Source of the DNA: Octopus vulgaris
Taxonomy: Eukaryota
Assembly (NCBI GenBank): GCA_951406725.2
Contig: OX597820.1
Coordinates: forward strand, 19,778,001-19,842,000
Direction: 5' to 3'
Length of the DNA stretch: 64,000 bases
The stretch's first letter is position 1; each line of letters opens with the position of its first letter. This document shows positions 38,761-52,345 of the stretch, in pieces. The notes below the pieces were generated by a model. It made no database searches, was not told the origin of the DNA, and worked only from the letters and a program-made list of their open reading frames with translations. The position numbers were made by a program, and so were the translations under genes.

Positions 38761-39221
38761 CCACTCTGTTAGGAGGTACAAGCACTTACACACACATGTA
38801 CACATACGATGGTAACTTTGGCCTACCAAATTTAATCACAAGGCTTTGGTCAGCTTGAGGCTATAGCAGAAGACACTTGTCCAAGGTGCCATGTAGTGGG
38901 ACTGAACCCGAAACCATGTGGCTGGGAAGCAAGCTTTCTAACCACACAGTGGGCTTCTTTCAGTTCCAATCCAAATCCACTCACAGGGCTTTGCAATACA
39001 AGTACAGCTCATTTTTGCTAGTTGAGTGGACTGGAGCAACGTGAATTAAAGTGTCTTGTTCAAGGACACAACGCATTGCCGGGAATTGAACTCATGACCT
39101 TACAATCGTGAGCCGAATGCCCTAACCACTAAGCCACGCGCCTTCATCTGACCGATGCAAACATGGAAAAATTGGCATTAAATGATGATAATATTTCCAT
39201 TAATGAAATGCTAGTGCATAA

Positions 39222-39486
39222 GCAAAATTTAGGTTAGTTAAAATATGTTTGTGATATATTTTGACTGCTAAAAGGCAAATTCTCTACAGTTGCCATGGTG
39301 AAAATATCTATCTTTTGGTAAAAAGGTGTGGGATTCCTGATAGATGACAAGACAGAACAAACTGGGTGTTTCCATGCCTTTTTACCATAAGAGAAATATT
39401 TTTTCTATGGTAACTGCAGTGAATTTGCCTTTCAGCAGTTGAAATATGTCACCAATATATATATTCTAACTAACCTAAATTTGGTT
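39222..39486. repeat. Foldback/MITE-like inverted repeat
   Basis: AAATTTAGGTTAGTTA...GGTAAAAAGG is mirrored by CCTTTTTACC...TAACTAACCTAAATTT. Confidence 0.75.
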
Positions 39487-40753
39487 TAATATTTCCATTG
39501 TTTAACGTAATAATTCCTGTAATCTCTTATTTACCCTTTTTGTTTAGATGCTTTCTGATGTAAGCCTAAATTAACTCCGTTTTACTTTGTGTGTTTCTTT
39601 CTTTTGTGACAAATTCAACCCGTTTCTTTGCTTGTGTGTTTTGTTTGTTCATTGTTACATCATCCTTATTAATCGTACAAACAAACCGGTTGAATTGTCT
39701 CAGAGCTTATACAACTTGGAATTGATTCTTCTGAGCATAGTCTGATTATATTTCACTTAATTGGTTTCTTCAGTTTATATGTATATGTATGAGTGTATGT
39801 ATGCATATATGTATGTGTGAGTGTGTGTGTATGTATATATATATACTTTTCTACTCTAGGCACAAGGCCCCCAATTTTTTTGGGTGGGGTAGGCAGTCGA
39901 TTAGATCGACCCCAGTACTTAACTGGTACTTAATTTATCGACCTGGAAAGGATGAAAGTTGACCTCGGCGGAATTTGAACTCAGAATATAAAGACAGATA
40001 AAATAACGCTAAGCATTTTGCCAGACATACTAACGTTTCTGCCAGCTCGCCTTATATATATATTTGTGTGTGTGTGTATATGTATGTATATAATGTATGT
40101 GTATATGTATGTATATGAGTATGTACATATGTATGTATATATGTGTATATATGCATGTATATATATGTGTGTGTGTGTGTGTGTGTATACATATGTATAT
40201 ATGTGTATGTATATATGTATGTATACTTAGGTATTTATATATATTATATATATATGTATAAATGAAATTGGGTGATAGTCAAGCTTTTCTCAAGTACCAA
40301 TTAGTGAAGCAAATTGTTTCAACTAGGAATTAGAAACAGGCTGGTTACTCACTTGTCTCTCACAACTGTCTACACAACCATCAAACTGAACCGCTTTATG
40401 GTCATTCAGTCTGCTAAAAATAGCTGCCAAAGTTCCTTCAAATCATGCATTACCCATGGCCAAACAACTCGTGTCCTATTCATCAATCGTCGTGATCAGG
40501 TTCATGATGATGATCATACTTGTATGGGTTTCAAGAAATTCATTGAGACAGATTTTCGAAACCCAAAGCCCTTCCTGTTACCCTCCTTCAGCTGTTGCCA
40601 GCCCTCACCTGTTGCCAGTGCCCCCACCTGTTTCCAAGCACAGTAATATTTCTCTCATAGTTGGATGTGTTTTTCATGCGTGACTGGATACAAATAGTAT
40701 CACTTGTATTGACAGTGACGCTTGCTTGTTTATAATCATGATGGGAAACAAGG

Positions 40754-40791
<38 letters not shown>

Positions 40792-43700
40792 ACAAGGTAC
40801 AGCACAGTGGGATTGAACAGAAGTTCCAGGTGGTTGGGAAATTATCTTTTCAACTATACAACCACACCTGTGCCTATTAAAATGTGCCTGTCCTACTCAA
40901 ATGAGCTTTTAATTAACAATTAAAGCTGTGGTTCTCAGCCAGGGTTCACATGGAGTTTAAAATACAGGCTGTCAGAAGATTTTTTCCTTAAATCCCAACA
41001 ATAGACCATTAAATGTGTTTATGGGGAAAAAGATATTAAAGAACATCAATATGCCCGAGTGACAAAGAAACGAGGAGGGTATAATGGGAGGCAAGGTTCA
41101 TGATATCGGATGAATATCGCCTTCTCCCATTAAAATTGTTCTTTGTGTTATTTCAGGTTCCAGCAGGCAAGGAAGGAAGTCTCAAGTGGAAATGCAATTC
41201 ACAACTAGTTTTATTTACATAGTTACACAGAATAAATGATGTGTTTTGCTATCAGTAGACCATCTCAAGCTGTGTATGTCTCGTTGTATCTCCGTTAACG
41301 TGGGCCCATTACCTCTGGAGATACGACGTGCAGACAGGACTAGCCTGGGGAACCTGCCTGCGAATGTGTGTTCAGCAAGCACTTGCAGTGAAAAGAGAGA
41401 GAATCTGCTTGTTGGGTCCTTATGTCCAGTTTGCCATCACGAGCCTGGTTGTGATCTCACACATGACAAATGGATGCAGGTGAGATCTCGCTCCAGTCTC
41501 GGAGATGGCAATGGCTGCCTGCAAGATCTCATCCAATATAGCACTGACTGGTGCTTGTGTGATGTGCTAAAAATAACAGCTAAATAGCCCTTAAATCACA
41601 GACCAAAAAAATCTTTTCTGTTTTGTTTTGGTTTAATCATATGATTCCTCATGTCTAGAACACAAATTTGCAAAAAAATTTCTGTAAATTCCTAAAAATA
41701 AAAAAGATACGAGGGGTTATTTGGGATGCTGAAAGCAGAATTCTGCTATTAAGTTGGTGTTAGTTACATACACTAACGTAGAATTTTAATAGGTTTTAAT
41801 TTAAATTACTTTATCATTAGAAGTTTGTATCAGAACCAAGGGTACCTTGGTATCAAAAGGGTTAACTCTTTTATTACCATATCTCTCTTGGAATACACTG
41901 CACTTACTCTTTTACTTGTTTCAGTCATTTGACTGTGGCCATGCTGGAGCACCGCCTTTAGTCGAGCAAACCAACCCCAGGACTTATTCTTTGTAAGCCT
42001 AGTAGTTATTCTATCGGTCTCTTTTGCCAAACCGCTAAGTTACGGGGTATGTAAACACACCAGCATCAGTTGTCAAGCAATGCTGGGGGGACAAACGCAG
42101 ACACACAAACATACACATATATATATATATATATAAAGTTAATCCAAACATGAAAACACAACAACGCGAGGACGTGGAACAAGTATAGTATTATTGGATG
42201 CTCAGGAAAGAAGGAGGGTTTAACGTTTCGAGTGGAGCCCTTCGTGAGAAACATAGGAAAAGGAAAGATCCAAAGAAGGGAAGACAGGAAAAAAAAAATC
42301 GCCAACGGTACACACGCAGTCACATATACATATATACGATGCGATTTGTTTTCTAGTTTCCATCTACCAAATCCACTCACAAGGCTTTGATTGGCCCGAG
42401 GCTATAGTAGAAGACACTTGCCCAAGGTGCCACGCAGTGGGACTGAACCCGGAACCATGCGGGTTTGTAAGCAAGCTGCGTACCACACAGCCACTGTCTC
42501 AGTTAATTTTGAAAATAATGGAAACTTTAGTTAAATAGTGAAGTAACTTTGTTGTCATTAAGCAGTTGTTTGGAACATAAATCAACACAAAATTTTAATG
42601 AAAGATTTTGCTTTAGTTTAATTCAAATCAGGATTTTTTATAGAAACAGGTCGGTCACAGATGTGTGAGTAATCCTTGCTTTGTTATACAAGCCTTTATG
42701 TTGACCTATAACACAAGGATGACTAATTAAACTTCTTGTGGCAGGCTACTAGCTTGCTAGTAGTGTTCAAAAGTTGATTGTATTGAGTGTGACTGGCGTT
42801 TTACTAGTTTGTATCCTGTCACTATAGCAAAAATAATTCACGCCTCAATGTTTCAGTTCTACTAACTATAAATAGTCACCTTCTCAAAGTATAAAGGAGG
42901 AGCAGTAGGGCGCCATATGTGGATCCCTCTCCTCCATTGGTCATGAATGATCATTGGATTGCACTTAGAAAGTTCCCCTCTGAGGCACGAGTCTGGGCAA
43001 GATTGTTTATGGAAGACCAGCAGTTGCCCATGTATTCCAGCATCCCCTCTCCGGCCGTTCAAGACTTTGGACCTGGAGATCTCCATTTCCAGCGACTTCG
43101 AGGGCCACCTCCCAGTGGTGTCGGGCATCAACGAAGAGCCCTCGACTACAACAAGACGACCAAAGTTTTTTTTTTTTTCCAAGGTCTGGGGTCTACCGCC
43201 CCTAAGTCCTAGACCATCGCCTAATCACCCTTACCCATCTTGTTGCTTAACAACAACAGCATCCCCTCTCCATGCCACCGATGTTGTCCAAAGGAAAGGC
43301 AAAGACTGCTACAGCTTGGCACCAGTGACGTTGCAATTCATTTCTATAGACAAGTAAACTGGAATAAAAGTGAAATGAAGTGTCTTGCTCAAGAACACAA
43401 TTTACAGCTCGGTTAGGAAATTGACCTCTGAGCCTTGTGCCTTCACCATATAGTTGAGAACTATTTCACTAGTTGGGCCCTTTTGATACTAACCCACCTG
43501 AGACCACACTTGGTTCTATGATACAAACTGTTTAAAGTGATCTAGCTTCCTTCAAAATTTCATGTTTCAAATATGTAGCTGCAAGGCACAAATAAAGGAT
43601 GCTCTTACTTCAATGTGGAATCAGCGACAGTCCTTTCAAGCATCAGGTCATGGGAAACCAGCAAGACCTCACAGTTGTATCCACATGTAAGCTCCCTCTA

Positions 43701-43803
43701 ACTCTTTGTCAGTAAAGGACTGCTATCCTACAATCGCTCCCAGTGCACATCTGCCTCTTGCATATACCCATAAGAAAGAAGCTATCTTGTACCCATTGCT
43801 TCT

Positions 43804-44417
43804 TGATATCAGTTCCTCTCCCTTTCAGTCCCTTTGTGACATCACTTCCTCTCTCTTTCAGTTCCTTTGTGACATCACTTCCTCTCTCTTCCAGTCCCTT
43901 TGTGACACCACTTCCTCTTCCTTCCAGTCCCTTTGTGACATCACTTCCTCTACTTTCAAGTCCCTTTGTGACAGCACTTCCTCTCCCTTCCAGTTCCTTT
44001 GTGACATCACTTCCTCTCTCTTCCAGTCTCTTTGTGACATCACTTCCTCTCCCTTCCAGTTCCTTTGTTACATCACTTCCCCTCCCTTCCAGTCCCTTTG
44101 TGACATCACTTCCTCTCCCTTCCAGTTCCTTTGTTACATCACTTCCCCTCCCTTCCAGTTCCTTTGTGACATCACTTCCTCTCCCTTCCAGTTCCTTTGT
44201 GACATCACTTCCTCTCCCTTCCACTTCCTTTGTTACATCACTTCCCCTCCCTTCCAGTCCCTTTGTGACATCACTTCCTCTCCCTTCCAGTTCCTTTGTT
44301 ACATCACTTCCCCTCCCTTCCAGTTCCTTTGTGACATCACTTCCTCTCCTTTCCAGTTCCTTTGTGACATCACTTCCTCTCCCTTCCACTTCTTTTGTGA
44401 CATCACTTCCTCTCCCT
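43804..44417. repeat. 33-bp minisatellite, ~18 copies
   Basis: Unit TTCCAGT(C/T)CCTTTGTGACATCACTTCCTCTCCC; explains the 226-248 aa repetitive ORFs. Confidence 0.95.
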
Positions 44418-45690
44418 CGACCTCAGTACTTGACTGGTACTTAATTTATTAACTCCAAAAGGATGAAAGGCAAAGTCTACCTATTGCTTGGTTTCTTCAT
44501 TGTAGGACAATGAAATTCACCACAGCCACCAGTTCTTACCGCATCTAATGTCACTGACAACATCATAATTCATCCTTGCACATGTAAACTTACTAAGTCA
44601 ATATGACTTAGCCTTCCTGCAGAAACCTTCATTTACCTTGTATGATGTTTAATGTCATTTCACATTCATGTTGAATTATGCAGCAATCTTCATAGAACAT
44701 TCCTAATGTATGTATCTTTTGGTATAGTAGATTTTTGCTGTTCTTGTTTATGTCTCCTCACAGACATGTATATTCTAACAAGTCGCTTCTTAAATTTCGC
44801 ACCTCTCTTGTTCAATAAATATTGAGTTAAACTTGCAAAGCTGTTTATTTTCTCCTTTCAATTTTTAATGTTTATTTTTGCGAGTTACCAAAGTATCAGT
44901 TTGGTCTCCTGGCTAAAACAGTAATGACAAATTTAAAAGTTTACTTGACATTTTATAAGTGTGAATGGGATTAAAATTTCGATACTCTGCATCGAAGATT
45001 CCAGCAAGAATAGGCAGAAAATCAGAGCTTGAGACAAGAAGACCCTTTCGACCTATCAGAATTCTGTTTACATATTCAGTCTGATCGGTCACCTTCCTTT
45101 GTCGGTTGAGTAAAGTATCATCCAAGCTGATGTTTATTGGTAGTTAAACTTATTTTGCAACACTTGTGTGTATTTATCAGCTTTGTTTTAGTTGATAAGA
45201 ATTTTCAACAACTTTTCCTGTGATCATGATTTGAGAAGACATACAGAAGTATGCTAAAGATTGTGGGCAAGATATGGGAAATAAAGTTTATTATAAACAA
45301 CACAAACACTTCGTAATTCAATAGCTTTCAATGTGATACCTGTTAAACAGAAATCATTTTTATTTAATAAAAATTTAATCATAAGTGAAATTATGCTAAA
45401 TACAACTAAATTGAAAACCTTTACCCCTGACCATATCGGCAATTCAGGAAACTTTTGGGTGCGCATTTTACACAAGTAGAAGCTTTTTTTTAACAATTTT
45501 TATCCTGAAAATCACCAGCATAAATTACACAGGTGCACAAATTACATGGGTTTTTATGGTAATCTTAAGAATGTTGTTACATATTTTTCATAGTCGCATG
45601 ATATGTAAAAAAATTACAGCTAAGATAATGTGGCTACTATTTGATATAGATTGCTAGAGTCATGTACCTTGATTGGCATGTTTAGTGTTA

Positions 45691-46130
45691 ATTAAATGCA
45701 GTATGCAAGAGAGAAGACTGTACTGGTTTGGTCATGTAATGCAGATGGATGAGGACAGTTGCATAAAGAAGTGCTAGTCACTTAAAATGGAGGGAAGTTG
45801 TGGAAGAGGGAAACCCAGAAAGACATGGGACAAAGTGTTGAAGGCTGATCTCAAAACACTGAATATTACAAAGGAGATGACAGAGGACCCAGATATATGG
45901 CGCTTTAATGTACATAAGAAGACCCACCTACCACAACAAAATTATCCTAAAACCAGAGGTGCTATGTAAAAAGCATTGATGCTGGTGCCACATAAAAAGC
46001 ACCCAGTACACTCTGTAAAAGTGGTTGGTGTTAGGAAGGGCATCCAGCCGTAGAAACCAAGTCAAAAACAGACTATGTAACCTGGTGTGGCCCCTGGCCT
46101 TGCCAGTTCCTGCCTAGCCATCCAACCCGT
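45691..46130 (+). mobile_element. RTE-clade LINE 3' fragment (ORF2 C-terminus + 3'UTR)
   Basis: RRLYWFGHVMQMDEDSCIKKC*SLKMEGSCGRGKPRKTW...DL...DPDIWR is the RTE C-terminal signature; followed by GTGGTTGGTGTTAGGAAGGGCATCCAGCCGTAGAAAC. Confidence 0.85.
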
Positions 46131-46594
46131 GGGTGGGGCTTCTTGAGTACAGCAATGCACTGTGTCTTGGTCCTCAGCCATCTCCTTCATAAGGCTCAGT
46201 GTTTTGGGATCAGTTTCAATACTTCATCTACACACATACACACAACTACTACATATTGGATTGTAATAGTGAAATAAGCCAATGTGCTTCAAGAGGACAC
46301 AGCTTAGATTTTACCCTACCTACATATTTATATATTTATACATATGTATATATATATATTTTTTTTATTCCCAACTTTGATCCCCCATAAATCCTATATT
46401 TTATTTTAGAATTTATGGAAACAACTGTCTTTGAAGACTCATGTTGTTGCTGAATGCTTGAAATAAAGAGTAGATAGACAGCCAACAACTGATGAAGGGT
46501 TCTTTCTCTGTTTACTTGTCCTGTTTTCCATCTTTTCTTATGTATTTCACTTGTTTTTCCCTTGTTTGTTAGCCTGTACTCACATATGCATGTA

Positions 46595-46643
<49 letters not shown>

Positions 46644-47282
46644 GCTGTGCAGGTGGCACGTAAAAAGCACCCACTACACTCACGGAGTGGTTGGCGTTAG
46701 GAAGGGCATCCAGCTGTAGAAACATTGCCAGATAAGACTGGGGCCTGGTGCAGCCTTCTGGCTTCCCAGATCCCCGGTCGAAGCCTCCAACCCATGCTAG
46801 CATGGAGAACGGACGTTAAACGATGATGATGATATTATATATATATATATATATATATATAGGCGTATGAGTGGCTGTGGTAAGTAGCTTGCTTAGGAGC
46901 CACATGGTTCTGGGTTCAGTCCCACTGTGGCACCTTGGGCAAGTGTCTACTACAAAAGCCTCGGGCCGACCAAAGCTTTGTGAGTGGATTTGGTAGACAG
47001 AAACTAAAAGAAGCCTGTCGTATATATGTATGTGTGTGTGTCTGTGTTTGTCCCCCCAACATTGCTTGACAACCGATGCTGGTGTGTTTATGTCTCCGTA
47101 ACTTAGTGGTTCAGCAAAAAGAGGCCAATAGAATAAGTACTAGGCTTACAAAGAATAAGTCCTGGGGTTGATTTGCTCGACAAAAGACGGTGCTCCAGCA
47201 TGGCCACAGTCAAATGACTGAAACAAGTAAAAGAGTATCTATCTTTATATATATAAAAGAGTAAAAGAGTAAAGAGTTAGAG

Positions 47283-47328
<46 letters not shown>

Positions 47329-48402
47329 TATTTATTATGTGCACACACACATACATTAAGAATAAGTTGGTTACTATAACCTACCTTTTATTGTAACCTA
47401 GTTTGTTGCTATCAATCATTCCTTTTTCACTTTGATGATGATACAGGCATTCATTCTATTATCAACTGGTTGTCTTGTTTTCCTTAATCATTTGCAGTTT
47501 TTTGTTCACCATTGAACTTCAGACTTTTCTTTCTAATTGGTTTAGAGTAGAACCGAATCTGATAAGAGATTTACAACAGGATTAGTATAATTGATTTGAG
47601 AAGAAATCAACTTAATTAATCACACGATAAATATTTTATCTGTAATATCTTCGTTAAAGTAGATTAAAGCGAATTTATCTTTGATCTAACAATAAAAAGT
47701 TATTGTGGAGTGATAGTCTAAATGTCATCGTTGCATTTTAGTTGCTATTTAGCCCCAGGTCAACCTGAATCCAGCAAATCCATGATCAAAGGTAGTCCAA
47801 CTGTGGCCACATGATATAATTTTTTTTAGTGAGATTTGGGTACAGTTTTTATAGAGGACCAACTGACTATTAAGGCTCCTCATTGGCTCATTTCAGCAGG
47901 GATATGTTTTATATTTGGGGGCTATCTTACAGTAGACGCTGGCTTTATGCTTGAAAATAAGGTGTTAATTTATGAGAGAAGGGGCCAAAACAGAATAGGC
48001 TTCTTGTTGTAAAGTAGTTGCATGCAGGGTGGGAGTGACCAGTCTGGAGCTGGAAAGAAATAATGTGGGGATGGTGAAGTGTCGTTGTGAACTCTTAAAG
48101 TACACTGAATAAAAATATGTGGATGGGTAGATGTTATATATTTATATATATATATACATACACACACACACAAATACACAACTGGTTTCTTCCAGATCTA
48201 CTCACAAGGCTTTGGCTGGACTGGGGCTATAGTAGAAGACACTTGCCCGAGGTGCCACACAGCAGGACCAAACCTGGAGCCTTATGGTTGGGGAGCAAGC
48301 TTCATACCACACAGCCATGCCTGTACCTGTATAAAATAAATTAACAAAATTAATAATTAGATAATACAGTTCTATATTTAAGACATGAGGAATTATGTTC
48401 AG

Positions 48403-48677
48403 TATTTACATTATTTACGTTTGACAGATATTTGTCTTCATCTTGTTTGTTGCTAACACAACGTTTTGGCTGATATACCCTCCAGCCTTCTTCAGGTGTC
48501 TTGGGGAAATTTCAAACCTGAGTTCTCATTCCTAAGGTTCTCATACCTTAGGAATGAGAACCCAGGTTGAAATTTCCCAAGACACCTGAAGAAGGCTGGA
48601 GGGTATATCAGTCGAAACGTTGTGTTGCAACAAACAAGATGAGGACAAATATCTGTCGAATGTAAATAATGTAAATA
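48403..48677. repeat. Near-perfect foldback of two Penelope-type terminal repeats
   Basis: ~135-bp arms around a ~6-nt loop (CCTAAGGT-TCTCAT-ACCTTAGG); each arm carries a hammerhead motif. Confidence 0.85.
48581..48626 (+). ncRNA. Minimal type I hammerhead ribozyme, sense strand of LC3 intron 1
   Basis: GACAC-CTGAAGA-A-GGCTG(GAGGGTATAT)CAGTC-GAAA-CG-T-T-GTGTT; all core nucleotides intact; predicted cleavage after 48621. Confidence 0.7.
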
Positions 48678-49667
48678 ATTAGATGTTGGTGAAGCTGGTT
48701 GGTACCAGGGCTTTTTAAAATTAAAATGAAAGGGGTTTTTGTGAGGTGACTGTTGTATGCCATTCTGAATGGGTTTACATTTAAATACCCTTCAAGAGTG
48801 TTGTTAAGCCTTATAACATAAATTTTTGCTATGACTTGTTTGTTATGTTGATGCTAGTTTTTGACACTAGTAGCAGTAGAACAATGATATTGTATATGAC
48901 CGAATGGCACTGTAGACTATAAATATGGTTATGATTTCACAGATCATTTTTCATTTTATTAGTGATGTTTATATAATCTCTGATACTGTAAAGTCAGAGT
49001 GTGACTATAATAATCAAATAAGATCAACACTGGTGAAAAGTTGTATAAAAATAGTTATTGTCTGCATCATTCAAAAGAGAAATAAATTCTGCATAAGGTG
49101 TAAAAGATAAAGATAATTTGTATGGTGTTAGTAATAAAATATTTTGTAAGAAATAGAACTTTTATCATCGGTCTTAAATTTATTTTCGCCAGTGTATGAT
49201 GACTGATGATGTATGTGATTTCAACAGATGGATTGTATCATTCTACTGATGACATGTTCTGTGTCTGCTTTCATTTGGTTTTGATACCTGGATGCCCTTC
49301 TTAATGCCAACCACTTAACAGAGTGTAGTGGGTACTTTTTTATGTGACACCAGCACTAGTGAGGTTGCCAAGTGCCCACAAGATAAGATGCCTTAACTGC
49401 ATGGAATGTAGCTTGCAGGGATAAGAAACTATGATAGAAAGAGAGGGTCAAGAGTCTTGCTGAAGAAGAGAATACATGACTTGGAAAGAGAGAGGGAGGG
49501 AAGGAAAGAGATGTGAGGTCCAGGTACAATGTGAATATGAGACAAAATAGGATAGAAGAGCAGCAAAGGTGGATGTGTAGATAAGTGCACTGAGAGAAAA
49601 TAGAGTGACAAATGGTTAGAGATGGGATATGATATGTACACATATACATAAAAGATAGAGAATTGTA

Positions 49668-50937
49668 CGAGGTCCGGTCAAAAAGTATCAGGACTGTTGC
49701 TATGATAACAGAGCTGAAGTATGCTACATGAAGCTGCTTGGCACAGATTGACTTTGAACTCCGTTGCTCATACACACTAAGTTATAACATGCTCACTCAC
49801 TTCTGTTGTTCATAGTAGTGCTTGGGAGTAAAGTGTGTAGAGTGTGGTCATCTCAAAAAGAAGTTCAGGTTTCAGCTGTGCAGGATCTCCTTGATTGTGT
49901 TGAGGAAGACAAAAACTTTTTTTAAATTGTCATAACAGGTGAGAAATCGTGGGTCTATGACTATGACCCTGAAATCAAGGCTCAGTCTTTGCGGTGGAAA
50001 ACCCTAACAAAATTTCATGATGTCACGGAAATCTAAGACGATGCTATGACACAGCTACTTGCTATCACTAAAAAAGGATTTCCAGGAACATTTCCATCAA
50101 TGGAAATGATGCTGGATAAAGGGTAGGACTTCAGAAGGGGACTACTTCAAAGGAGATTAAATGCCAAATTGATATTGTTGCTATTATGTTAAACTGTTGT
50201 ATGTCCAAATTTCGCCAATTATGTTTTTTTCCATATTTATTTTAGCTTGCAATAGTCGGTTCTTTTGGCCAAACTGTTGTATCTCCAGCTGCTTCAGATG
50301 CCAAGATATCAAAAATTGTCAAAGTGTAGTACAATGGTTTTGCTATGGAATGGTGAAACTATTTTATTGTTTTCTGAAAAAGCAACGTTTTAGACTTACA
50401 ACACTTTAGTGTAATAGCAACAATATATATATTGATAGAAATGGTAAGACAACAAAAGAATCAAAGAGATCTTGGTATGTAAATAGAGGAATTTATCTGT
50501 AAATGTAATATGTGACAATTATTCAGTAGCCATGATAAAACTCCAAGTTTTGGATGTCCAGGTGGAAATCCACGCTGCCATCTCTTCAGTTATCTGGCCA
50601 TCGGAAAAAATGCTATGAAAATCATAACATATATATATATATTGTTTCTATTATGTATGTCCAAATTTGGCCAAATGTGTTTTTTTTTCTAGATTAAATT
50701 TTGCTTGCAATAACCAGGTCTTTTTGTCAAACTATTGTATCTCCAGCTGCTTCAGATGCCAAGATATCAAAAATCGTCAAATTGTAATACAATGGTTTTG
50801 CTCTGGAATGGTGAAACTTTTTCTGTTTTCTGAAAAAGCAACGTTTTGGACTTACGACTCTTTTGCATAATAGCAACAATATGCATTGAAGTTTTCGTTT
50901 TAAAGCACCAATCCTGACACTTTATGACCAGACTTCA
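49668..50937 (+). mobile_element. Deleted mariner with nested insertions (MITEs at 50173-50425 and 50640-50881)
   Basis: TA|CGAGGTCCGGTCAAAAAGTATCAGGA...TCCTGACACTTTATGACCAGACTTCA|TA; fragments IVITGEKSWVYDYDPEIKAQSLRW and ...SEGDYFKGD*; the nested MITEs have TATTGTTGCTATTA TIRs. Confidence 0.8.
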
Positions 50938-51076
50938 TATATAAACAGTTGCTTTCATGCTACTTCCTTCCCATGTTGAAATAACCATTAATTGATTTAT
51001 TAGTCATTATAGCATGTTGTCTCTCCTATGTCGTTATTATTTATTTATTTAATCATTTATTTATATATTTTTGCAG

Positions 51077-51132
51077 CTCAGAGAGTAAAGGACATAGAAG
51101 CAATTCGACAGGAACATCCGGACAAAATACCA
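51077..51132 (+). CDS. MAP1LC3: LC3/ATG8-family protein, exon 2 (AQRVKDIEAIRQEHPDKIP)
   Basis: Acceptor tttttgcag|, donor CCA|gtaagt; 56 nt; joins exon 1 in frame (G+CT=Ala); matches the LC3 QRVEDVRLIREQHPTKIP segment. Confidence 0.96.
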
Positions 51133-52345
51133 GTAAGTTGTTGCCATTGCTCTTTACTCTTTTACTTGTTTCAGTTATTTGACTGCGGCCATGCTGGAGC
51201 ACCGCCTTTAATTGAGCAACTCGACCCCGGGACTTATTCTTTTGTAAGCCCAGTACTTATTCTATCGGTCTCTTTGCCGAACCGCTAAGTAACGGGGACA
51301 TAAACACACCAGGGACAAACACAGACACACAAACACACACACGCATATATATATATATACATATATACGACGGGCTTCTTTCAGTTTCCGTCTACCAAAT
51401 CCACTCACAAGGTTTTGGTCGGCCCGAGGCTATAGTAGAAGACACTTGCCCAAGATGCCGCGCAGTGGGACTGAACCCGGAACCATGTGGTTGGTAGACA
51501 AGCTACTTACCATACAGCCACTCCTGCGCCATTTTTTTTTTTAGTTGTGTTGTTTTGACCCAGGTCAGTTCAGGTTGGTTGGACAGAGTTATGATTATAA
51601 GTGTCCTGGACATTCTTTTACTTGTCTCAGTCATTGGACTGTGGCCATGCTGGGGCACCACCTTGAAAGGTTTAGTTGAACAAACCAACCCTTGGCACTT
51701 ATTGTTTTTTTTAAAGTCTGGTAGTTACTGTATTAGTCTCTTTTGCTGAAATACTAAGTTACAAGAACATAAACAAACCAACACTGGTTGTCAAGCTTTG
51801 TGTATGTGTGTACATGTATATATATGCATACACATACACACACACACACACACACGCATATATACATAAATAAATATGTATGTGTGTATGTGGATACATA
51901 CATATATATATATAGGTGCAGGAGTGGCTGTGTGGTAAGTAGCTTGCTTACCAACCACATGATTCCGGGTTCCATCCCACTGCATGGCACCTTGGGCAAG
52001 TGTCTTCTACTATAGCCTTGGGTCGACCAAAGCTTTGTGAGTGGATTTGGTAGACAGAAACTGAAAGAAGCCCGTCATATATATGTATATATATATATAT
52101 GTATGTGTGTCTTTGTTTGTCCCCCAACATTGCTTGACAACCGATGCTGGTGTGTTTACGTCTCCATAACTTAGCGGTTCGGCAAAAGAAACTGATAGAA
52201 TAAGTACTAGGCTTCCAAAGAATAAGTCCTGGAGTCGATTTGCTCAACTAAAGGTGGTGCTCCAGCATTACCGCAAATGACTGAAACAAGTAAAAGAGTA
52301 TATCATATGCAGAAATGTGTGTCATCATCATCATGATCCTATATA

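Noticed and set aside
41246-41587. 113-aa ORF; also unique-looking tracts at 6230-6650, 10310-10520 and 44480-45250
   Set aside because: No recognisable domain; probably ancient retroelement debris, not assignable by eye.
43706-44452. 226-248 aa ORFs on both strands
   Set aside because: They are translations of a 33-bp (multiple of 3) minisatellite inside an intron; no splice or domain evidence.
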